This document shows, one piece after another, positions 53,266 to 64,000 of a stretch of DNA of 64,000 bases (positions are counted from its first letter, which is position 1; every line of letters begins with the position of its first letter). Both the position numbers and the translations under genes were made by a program. Source of the DNA: the human T2T-CHM13v2.0 reference genome, Homo sapiens. The notes beneath the pieces are model-generated. The model was not told where the DNA came from. It did not search any database and was given only the letters and a program-made list of their open reading frames with translations. The stretch lies in the NCBI RefSeq assembly GCF_009914755.1, contig NC_060931.1, one strand, 5' to 3'.

Positions 53266-54569
53266 CACCTTATCTATGTGCTTTTTCTTAAAATAACATG
53301 TTTAGTTTTCACATTTCTCTCTTATAAGTCCTTAGTTAACAAGAAGTATTTTATTTCAGTGAGTACAGAAAAATTCTAACAAAAAGCAGGTGAATAAATA
53401 GTCATCTCTAATTTCTGATAAAACTAGGCTCACCACTTTAGACCTACTTTTGGTTGGCCTTTTTTTATTCCTTAGAAAAGGTTTGTGCCTTTCTCTTGTG
53501 TGTTTTTTGTTGTTATTTTTGTTATTCAGGGAGAATAGAAATGTACAAATAGCCAGACAAAATATGTATAATTTTTTTCTAATGTCAACCGTCAAAAAAA
53601 CAAAAAGAAAGAAAATAAATAACGCTTTTACTTACTCTTGTTCCTTTAGGAATTATTTTGTTTTCCACCTGGGAGGTTCTCGACAATTTCAATTGGAATT
53701 GGTTTTAGTTCTATTCTCAGAACTGTTAACTCTTAGACGAGTATGTGACTGAGCATCTTCCACTTTAATTGATCTAATTTGCACGCATAATTTTGATGGA
53801 ATTATTCACCATAAAGTGCACCTTTGGGCCTTACAATAGCCCCCCTTTTTTTCTATGAATTCATTGCATTAATTTACCTGCAAATTCCTCCTTTCTCTAG
53901 GCACTTCTCTTGGTTATGTAAATACTTTTATACAGATTTCCCATTACAAACTGTTTGGAAACACTGTGTTCTCTCATTTCTTTCCTGTTTAGATTGGGAA
54001 TAGGTCTTGGAAACTTCAAAGTTGCAATTTTTAATGATTTTTTTCTGATAAATTGGAGATTTTTGTCATATCTCTGATTCATTAATAACATAAATGTAAT
54101 AAACACTAAAATGATGATAACAGCATCCTAGTCCTGAAGATTCTAGTTTCACTTTCAACACAATTTAATCATAGTTTCCAAGGTGCATTAGTAATAAGAT
54201 ACAAGGTTTTAAATATCATTTAACGATTATTTATTCTACAATCCACTAGTTGGAGTAACAATTGAAGAGTGCCAATATAGGAAACAGTCGTGATGGCAAT
54301 AAATTTCTTTATTCTAATTCTGTATGGCATCAGTATCCTGAGGTCACTAGTAGTGTTTCTAAGATGCTTGAATTGAGACCTAACAGCCTCTCAAATAGGC
54401 TAAAGTTTGTGGAGATCATCAAACATATTCAATCAGTCAGTCAGTATAGCTCACTATACTATTGTATTATTCTTTAATTATTTGTTCCCATGCTTCTGTT
54501 CCTCCTAGACTGTGTGCTCCCAGAGGTCATGGATCTGCCTGAAATACAATAGATATTTAATTAATGTTT

Positions 54570-54657
54570 GAGAGAGGGAGAGAGGGAAGGAGAAAGAGAG
54601 GGAGGGAGGGAGGGAGGAGGAAGGAAGGAAGGAACAAGGAAGGAAGGAAGGAAGGAT
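54570..54657. repeat. GA-rich tract with (GGGA)n and (GGAA)n
   Basis: Directly visible. Confidence 0.9.
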
Positions 54658-55019
54658 TTAGCACATATGCATGTATATAATTGTGACTATAAGACTTACA
54701 GAACAGAGTAATCACATTGCAGATATTGCAGCTAGACTCAAGTACGTAAGCATATATATATTCAGTGAGGACCAGTCTTTGCTTTAGCACATCAAAGCAG
54801 CCAATCTGAGTTTTGTGCTGAGTCTTATAGGCTGACCCAGGCAAGGAGAAAGTAATGGGATAGGAGAGAAGAGAGAAAACTTGTTGCTTTTAGCTGATAC
54901 CAGCTACCTAGTAATATTAGCCTTACTCAGACCTCAGTCTACCTTTTTGGCCCTTGAGGTTTAATTCCTTTCTCCTTTTCTCCTGGCTGGTAGGGAAAGA
55001 AGGGTGAAGTTAATTCAAT

Positions 55020-55140
55020 TGTTTGTTTCCTTCCTTCCTTCCTTCCTTCTTTCTTTCCTTCCTTTCTTTTTTCCTGCCTTCATTCCTATCTTCTTTCCTC
55101 TCTCCCTCATCTTTTTCCTTTCTTCCTTCCTAACTTTTTC
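55020..55140. repeat. CT-rich tract with (TTCC)n
   Basis: Directly visible. Confidence 0.9.
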
Positions 55141-57469
55141 TACAAAGACAAAACGTCTTGAAAAAGGTTCAGGATATATAGTTCTACCATGAATGTTAAA
55201 TATATTACTACATGGTCAAAAATCTGGTAATTTTGTTCATATTACAGAATTACCCTGATTTTATATACAACTAATCAGACTTAAAGATTTATAACTGATT
55301 GATTCCAACAATTTCTTATCTAAGAAAACAACATCATGAGGCATTAGCTACACTTAGTACAATGCACCCAGACGGAATAAATAGGAAACTGTAAATTGTT
55401 GAATTGCCTTCATAGTGCCTTCTGATCTATATCAGATTATATCTTGAAATATTAATATTCTGGCTGACAATGTGGTATGACTCCTATAGGCTGAATTGAA
55501 TACAGATGAGATTTATTAAAGAGCTGAATGATTTACAGCAAATAAGCAGCATCATAAATGTTGGTGCTTATTCCTGAGATAGATGTAATCTTCAGGAAGA
55601 GATTAAGCCAATGTATATATTAGGAAGATGGTAGATTGAAGTATTGCTGGGTAGTGGCTATATTTAACTTACTCAATGCTATAACATCATACTCTAAAAT
55701 AAGGACAAATATATAAAAGAAAATCTTCATGACCCTAACCTTTACTGGTCTGAACATAACCTGCATGTTAAAATGTGTTATCTTACTGTCAGTCATAAGG
55801 AAAACTCAAGATAATTCTTCCCATATGGTGCTGTGCATTTAATTCCTTTAACAGAGCCACCTGAGTATGTACAAAGCCAGTGATGGAAACAGGAGTTATT
55901 TACTTTGATGGTATTAGTCTTGAATCATTTATCACTGCCAATACTCAACAAAACTGCTGGGTCCAGATCCTGTTGATACATTATTACATTCTGAACCTGT
56001 CATCTTATTTCTTGCATGCAATAAAAATGAACTCAGTATCATGACTTTCGTACCAACTTTCTTCTTTTTTGGTAAATGGTCATCTTTAATTTTGATTGTG
56101 TAGAAGGATGATTGCAATGAGCTTGAGGCAGTTGTTTTTCTTCCACCCCAAACTTTTTATCACCCATATGCCTTTGCTGCCCTTCAGCCCTGCTCCTTCA
56201 TCTGAGTACCTCAAAAATGTCAGAAGAGCATCTTCACTTTCTCAGATGTCAGCTTGCTTCCATCTTCATTCACATCCTAGACTGCCTCCCCTACCTCCTC
56301 TAGTAATCTAGCCAGAGTCTAGGTCTACCTTGACCACCTTCATCTATAACAATTACAACATAGATCCGATGGGAATAAGGCCAGTGGTCATACTCCCATA
56401 GTTTATTATTGGAATGAATGATTTACATAGTGTTGCTCAGATTATAATGCTAGTCCTAACCGAACATGTCATGAAAACTTGGTTTTGTCAAGCTCTGTTT
56501 TTGATTTTTTTGTTCCTCTAATCTCTTGTCCTCTCCTCTTTTCTTCTATTTTTGACATATAAAACTGAGAAATATTCCATTAAAAGAGTAATTTTTAATC
56601 CCCTCTTTCCTTAGCATCAAGTTGTTTCTCCAATTTAACATTCATAATTCTGTTAGCACTTAATTGTCCCTACAAGCCTGCCAACAGTGAAAAAGCAGGT
56701 AGTTAAGAAGAGTGAAAATTTAAGCCACAGAAAATATGCAAAAGGATTCCATTTCTGAAAAGTAGGAATCAGTGGGGTAGTTACTGTTGCCTATAATTTA
56801 GTAATATAAGATGTCTGTTTAAGTCATTAATTCTGACACAATATCCTGAATTCGAGGGAATGTTTTATTTTTGTTGAAGGTTAAAAATGCTGCCTAGTGG
56901 CATGCTAGGGCCTATAAGTTGTATATTGGATTTAAGCTATAATTTATTCCTTTAGGAGCTAACAAAATTTTAAAAATAGGAGTCTGCTGCAACTGTTGCA
57001 CATTTTAAACACATGCTAATGGAAGCTGATGGTTACTAACTATCACAGAAACATTTACTGTGTTTACCTGTTTGTGAGAGTGCTGAGGGCAGCAAGCTGA
57101 GAATAAACTCTTAAGTCTGAGAGACAGAGAAATAATTACTTGTTTGCCTCAAAAGTATATGGAATAAATATGCATGGAGTTATTATACTGTGTGTAAATA
57201 ATTTGGTTTTCTGATTGGCGTGTGTATGATGAAGAAAGAATTAAAATCCAAGGGGGAACAGAAGACAAGTATATAGAAACATGCTATTTCCCCAGGCTCA
57301 CTACAGTGTGTTGTAAGGAAAGATGGATCCGGCTGCCAGCAACAATCATGAAAAAGAAAATCATCAAACAAGTGGGACTAAGGAAGTGGCCTTCTCTCAT
57401 AGACGCAAGGCTCTTAGATAATATGGGATGACTCAGGTAATGATTATGATGAATGCTTACTCCACACCA

Positions 57470-57640
57470 GGGACTACTAACCCACACTATCCTCACAATA
57501 ATTCTATTGAATGAGTTCATACTCACATTTGTTTATTGTGCAGAAATTGAGGTATATAGAATTGATCTAGGCCACTTGGAACTAGTATTTGAACCAGTCA
57601 TTCTGAAGTCCAGGCCCATATTCTTCAATATTTGATACAT
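57470..57640 (-). mobile_element. MIR fragment
   Basis: ATCCTCACAATAATTCTA...GCAGAAATTGAGG...TTTGAACCAGTCATTCTGAAGTCCAGGCCC. Confidence 0.65.
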
Positions 57641-57669
57641 TGCATCTATGGAAAGTAGTAACAAAAGTA

Positions 57670-57671
57670 AC

Positions 57672-57712
<41 letters not shown>
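57670..57712. repeat. (CA)n microsatellite
   Basis: Directly visible. Confidence 0.95.
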
Positions 57713-57713
<1 letters not shown>

Positions 57714-58490
57714 CTTTACATAAACAGGTAAATGAACTGCATTTTTCTCATTGAAATTAATATTCCTGACCTTAATCAACCACTTTATTTTGAGTGATTT
57801 TCAAAATCCAGATTCAATTTTTCACAATTAAGCATATTCTCAAAGAAGTTATGTAATCACTGAAGGAAATTCTGAAGGAGCAGTTCCAAAGGGGTTTTAA
57901 ACATTTGTAGATATAACAGGTACCCCAACATGACAACTTTAGAGACAAATGTGCTGAGTTGAGTGTTTATACCTAATATATTGGTTTTTTTAATTAGCTA
58001 TATTATCTTAGAGTCATAATTTTTAGAGAAATTGTATTTACAAACACCAATGAAAAGTTATACGGCATATTTAAAAGTAAACTCTAAATGTACTAAAACA
58101 GTAAGTATGAAAAGAGAAAGCTAAAAGAAAAAAATAGGTTAAAAGCTAATAGAATAAAACCTTTGAAATCTTTGTTTAGAGAATCATTGCTTTTAAAAGA
58201 TTAAATTTTAAAAAAACACAAGCATATGAAGGCTGGGAATTGGTAAGTTGAATTATATCAAAATTAATTAAATAGTCCATGGACATTCTTAGATAATGTT
58301 GACAGACAAGTGACAGACTAGCAAAAGATATCTGCAATGCCTAAAACTTTCAAGGATTTCATATCTAGAATATTTGAGGAAGTCCTGCAAATCTAATAAA
58401 ACACAAGCAATCTAAAGAAAAAAGTGTATACAAAGGACATAAATAGGCCCTTGAAAGTAGGGGAAATCCAGATGGTTAACACATACATGA

Positions 58491-58794
<304 letters not shown>

Positions 58795-58974
58795 ATGAAG
58801 AGATTTTTTTGTAAGAAATTCAAAATGAAATAAGCTACGACATCACATTAAGAAAACTTAGAAAATGTGATAATGTGACCAATGCTGTAGACAAGGATAA
58901 GAGGAAGCAAGAGCCCTTGTCCAGACCTACTGGAAGGATAAACTAGCACAGCCATTCTGGAAAGCAGTCCAGGT

Positions 58975-59502
58975 GTGCTTATCTCTATCAATCAGCCATG
59001 GCTGCATTGTAATTCACTACAGAACCCCAGGGGCCTACAACAGTAGACACTTATTCCTCATGCCACTGTGTGTCTGCAGGAGCAGTTCGCTGATCTCCGT
59101 CAGGCTCTTTTTAATCTGCTGCTGCCAGTCAGCTCATTAAGGCTGGACAAGGCTTGGGGACTGTATTAAGCTGCAGGTTTGTCTAGTCTGGGCTCCTCAC
59201 TATTGGTTGAGTTGATGTCTTTCCCAGATGTTTCTCATCCTTCTTGACTACCAGTCCAGCTGGAGCATGTTCTCTTCATGGCAATGGCAGAGGCACAAAA
59301 GGGCAAGTGGAAACATGGGAAGGGTCTTCATACCTAGGCCTGGAACTGGCACACTGTTTCTTCTGCCCACACTCTATTGGCAAAGCAAGTTACGTGATGG
59401 GAAGCACACCCCACTTTAAGTAATCAGAACTTTCAAGTTACATGAAAAAGGGTGTGGACACAGGGAAAAGTGAATAATTGGAGTGATTATTCCATTTATC
59501 AT
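58975..59502 (-). mobile_element. MLT1G/H-like MaLR LTR
   Basis: GGCAATGGCAGAGGCACAA...CCTAGGCCTGGAACTGGCACACTG...CTATTGGCAAAGCAAG...AAGGGTGTGGACACAGGG. Confidence 0.8.
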
Positions 59503-60589
59503 AATTTCTTATGACTTAACCACCCAATTTCTTCATATATATTTGAGAGAAACTCCCCCACATGTCTACAAGGAAATAAGTATAAAAATACTGATTGCAG
59601 CACTGTTTGTAATAGTAAAGATGGGGCAGCTCAGGAGAGCCTTACAAGAAAAATGAACACTGATACTAAATATGGTATCTAATATGATACTAAAATATGG
59701 TATCTGCCAGCAATAGAATACAATGCAGCAGTCAGAACTAATTCATTAGATATTCATATAGCATCATGAATAGATCTTAATAACTAAATGTTGATTTTAA
59801 AAAGCAATAAAGAGTATGAAAGCCATTGTACAATGTCAGGTATATATCCCCATCCTAACACTGTATATTTTTCAAAGGTACACATACCTGTCAAAGGCCC
59901 TTCATTAAATAAATAAGAATGGTTTCCAAAGAGCAAGCAAAAAATGGGGTTGGGGATAGGAAATTAAGGCAGAAGAATAAAATAATAAAAACAGGAGCTT
60001 TGCAATACAGTGAGAATTTAATCATATGAATTTTTGCCCCTGTGATTTTTAAACATAAAAATTTTTATAACAAACCCTAAAGAAAGAAGGGACTAAAATG
60101 AGCAGATTACATTCAGAACACTTTGTAAGGAAACAAACTTTTAAGCACAGCTTTGGAGTCACAGAGACTGGTTTGAGAAAAGATGAACTAGGAAAGAACA
60201 CATCATGGCCAAGGCTTAGAAGCAGGGACAGGAGAAGGATGTGTAAGAATTATATAGGGCTTATTGTGACAGAAATTTAATGAAAGCCTGACAGGCTGTG
60301 ACAATAGATGAAAGAATAAGGCAGAGGCTCTTGTAATCTCTGATTGGGGCTTTTATTAGGATCTTTCTATAGTTTGGGAGTCCTTTAAGTCTTGCTGGAG
60401 ACATTTGAACAGAGTGTAAAATGAGTCCTGTGGAAGAGGAGCTCTTGAACGCCTATGTGTTGATCCACTGTCCTTCAGAAATCACACTGATCAGAGTTTC
60501 TGTGACACTTTATTGGTCTGAGAAACTCATATAAGTTTACTGAGAGTATTAGGAATTATTCTTCCCCTAAAGTACAAAACAAACAAATG

Positions 60590-60613
60590 CCAAAAACTAA
60601 AGAAAGAAAAGGA

Positions 60614-60661
<48 letters not shown>

Positions 60662-60789
60662 AGGAAAGAAAGAAAGAAAGAAAGAAAGAAAAAGAAAGAA
60701 GGAAAGAAAGAGAACAAATGAATGAAAGAGAGAAAGAGAGAACAAAGAAATGAAAGAAGAGAGAAAGAGAGAAAGAAAGAAAGAAAGAA

Positions 60790-60821
<32 letters not shown>

Positions 60822-60845
60822 AAAAGAAAAAGCAAGCAAGCAATA
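60590..60845. repeat. Long complex (GAAA)n microsatellite
   Basis: Directly visible. Confidence 0.97.
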
Positions 60846-61059
60846 AAAACAACTTTTGTTGGTGTTGCAGCTCATACTGAGAGAAATTAATGAAGGAGCA
60901 GGAATTGGAAATAGACTATACATGGTTTTCTGTTTTCTCATCTCAGTGTCATCTATCACAGCCTCTGAAATTATTAACTCCTTTCTTTAACATCTTAAAC
61001 ACCTTTTATTTAAATCAAAAACTCTCTTTATTAGAAGAGCTGATTTATCCTGTTTAAAA

Positions 61060-61560
61060 AAAAACATATTTTAATCACTGTTGAAGAAACTGTAAATTGC
61101 CAGGGCAAATTACGAAGGGCAATTTGACAGTGTATATGGTTTTAAAATGTTAATGTTTTAATGCAATAATTTAACCCTCAGGAATTTTTCTAATTCGAAT
61201 TTCTAAAGGAATAATCAAATATGCACAAAAACATTCACCGTAATGTGATTGTAATAGCAAAAAATAAGAAATAGCTAAATGAGTAATAACAAAGCATTAA
61301 AGAAATTATGGCAATTTTGTTTAATAGAATGTCATTTAGTCACAAAAGCACATGTTTAAAAATATTTAGTAACATGGGAGAAACACTACAAATATGTGAG
61401 GAAGCAAGTTATAAAAATATACCAAGATTGGGAAATATATTTAAATATAAACAGTTTTTATCTCTGAGTGTGAAACTACATCAAAATAACTTCTGTTTCT
61501 TTCTCTTCCAATTTATCCTAAGTGACCACGTGCTGCTATTATAAAACAAAATAAATATGT
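61060..61560 (+). mobile_element. Ancient L1M 3' remnant
   Basis: GAAACTGTAAATTG...GGGCAATTTGACAG...CATTCACCGTAATGTGATTGTAATAGCAAAAAA. Confidence 0.6.
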
Positions 61561-64000
61561 ACTATATATAGTATTATAGAACTATAATACTATATTGAAT
61601 AAATAAGTTAAATGTTGTTGAAACTGGCAATTTAAGTAATTCATAATCACTCCTTTTATCTGTTAAAATGTATGTTTCAATTCCTCTAAGCAATCTTCAA
61701 GAATGGAAAATTTTGATATACATTCAACCATATTTTGGAAATTCTCCAGCAGTGTTTGAGGTAAATATCCCACCTGGATATAGGGGATTTGGTTAATAGA
61801 AACTGGGCAAATTAATAGAGGATTTCACACCCTGAGAGAATTAAAGGATATTTAAAAGGCAACAAAAGCTACGTTTCTGCAAAACAAAGTCAAGTACCTT
61901 GTTCAAAAGGGCATTTACTCTAATTCATACCCAAGCCTTGGGATAGATTCACATTCTCATTCACTGCTCCCAGTATCTAGGGCACTTTCCAAACACCAGG
62001 GGTGCCATGGTGGTGTGTGTAATAATAGATAGCAAAACGAAGATGGAGCTCACTCCGGAAATTATGAGGGGAATTCAGCAAAATAAATAAAGGCTATGAA
62101 GGCAATGACCATAACCTATTAAATGCTGGTCACCTCCTGTTTTCTCCTCCTATCACTCCCCTGAGGTTCTTAACAAAGTACTTCCGACAACAGGTAATAT
62201 TACATTCAGCCGTGTAACCAACTGCAGAATTTCTGATTAGCAGGGATCACAGTATGTTTTCATTTGCAAGAACCAATCCTTTAATCCTCAACACAGAAAA
62301 TGAGGCACACACTATGACAGACCCAGATCAGAGTGACAACTTTTCTTGCTTATAAATAAATAGCAGGGAAATCTAGCTTGATTTCAAGAGATCGTGCTTT
62401 GAGGCTCAGTATTGCAGCTGGACCATGAAGGTGCTGAGAAGAACGAACTCTCAATTCTTTCCCCTGAGTGTTTCCCGGGTGAAATGTGTGGATTCCTGGG
62501 TTGCTCAAAGAGTGTATGAATGAAAGAGAAAGTATTGCCCATTGTTTGCTCCATCAGAACCATGGACTTGCCTCTCCCAGGACTGGGATTAATCACTGTG
62601 CCCCTTTATAAGAAGCATGCTTCAGGAAATGAGCAGAGCATGAAATGGAGTAGCTGGAAAATGGTCTAACCTCAAGGTACCAACAGATCAAATAAATATT
62701 CTCTGTCCCCAAACAAAAGGAACAATATTTTCCCTCATTCTTCCTCGGCCATTACCAGTCAGAAATCATGGGACTGGGGTTGGATTGCTTCGTGATCTGT
62801 CGAAAGAAACTAAAAATAAAATCATTCCACATTATGGGAACACTTGAGTTGCATTTTCATACAACTTTCCCAAATTGCAAGACTTCTGCCATGTAAGAAA
62901 CACTTACTAATTTACCAAGGCCTCAGAGGCCTGGAATGCATAATGGCCCATTCAAACCAGAAGTCAACATTTAGATTGGTGGTTCAAGTAAGTGCCAACT
63001 CAGACTAGAAGGCATAATATCTTCCATCATAAAGGCCATAAAAAGTCATATACATTGCTCATAAATATGAGATGGACCAAGATTGACTCTGAGGTCTAAA
63101 AGCTATGATCTCTTGCAATTTGTTTTTCACTTTTAGTAAATAAAAATACAATGTATACTAGGTGAACAGAGTATACAGCCTCTAAAATGCCATCTTTATT
63201 TTTTTCAACATTGTCTTGGCATACTTTTATAGTTCGGTTTGAACATCATCCAGTGTACAGAAACTGAAATGGATTAAGGTCTGACAAATAGGAAGCTAGA
63301 GGGGGAATAAAAGAATCGCCCTGAACAAGAAAAATAATCAAAGACACAGAGGGTGGGAAAAGGATCTGTTTTCTATCTCCAGTGGAATCAGATAAAGAGA
63401 AAAGAGTTTAACTGGCAAAAGAAAAGTTTAATTTAGACATCTTGAAGATCCTCCTGTTCCGTCAGCTGCCGAGAATATCCAACTTTTAATAGGAGCTAAA
63501 TGCTTTAGCTGCAACACAGGTATGAATTCCACCATCACAAATTCGTGTCAGCAGAAAATGTGATTTTCTTTATAGCCGTAATTGTCAGATCTCTGATCCG
63601 AGCTCCCAACCTACTTCAGGCAAGCAACTTAATAGTGTCATTTCTGATTATTTTTCATTCTAATGCAGTGATTTGTTGGTCAGTTCATACCTAGAGGGTC
63701 AGAAATCCTGTGGTTCAGTCTTCCTTTCAGGGTTTCTCTCTGTCTCCTGCCATGCAAAAGCCTACAGGGACAAGAGCAGATGAAGTATCTCACATACTCT
63801 GCACCTTTCCTTTGGTCCAAACAACACCTCTGCTCCTTCCTCCAGGTCCTGGCTTGGTCTTCAGCCTCCTAGAATTTCTCCCTATCCACCTACAGTCCTC
63901 CCGTGAGCTCTCCACCCCACAGCCCATCTACAATGTCCCCTGATCCAGAAAACAGCTGAAACACTGCTGAACTTTGAACATTCACTAACTTTTCTGAGTT

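Noticed and set aside
60527-60959. F/L/S-rich ORFs, also YLSI-, HT- and R/G-repeat ORFs at about 10.7, 15.0, 28.0 and 51.0 kb
   Set aside because: They are translations of microsatellites and low-complexity tracts.

Overview
This is primate (very likely human) non-coding genomic DNA: AT-rich, CpG-depleted, and without a supportable protein-coding gene, RNA gene, CpG-island promoter or CRISPR array. Much of it is interspersed repeat: Alus of J/S/Y ages (several with clear target-site duplications), MIR, L2, old L1 fragments, MaLR/ERVL LTRs (MLT1, MLT2, LTR16 with an ERVL internal remnant, MER21), a solo LTR1, a full-length LTR12 (ERV9) with 15 CCAAT boxes, hAT DNA-transposon fossils and many microsatellites. 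Unique segments carry haematopoietic-type motif clusters (E-box/GATA composite at 6526-6546; GATA/KLF/RUNX at about 32.1-32.8 kb; MYB-type sites at about 9.2 kb), CTCF-like motifs and one clean non-coding exon candidate (3659-3754). The least explained structure is a set of short, non-TE local templated copies: an 83-bp duplication, a 28-bp duplication, a two-donor chimera joined by microhomology, and several fold-back/template-switch hairpins. Motif spacing loosely fits the HBS1L-MYB intergenic enhancer region, but that is an unverified guess. Repeat subfamily names come from recalled consensus similarity and need RepeatMasker/Dfam confirmation. I found no evidence for a novel protein-coding system.
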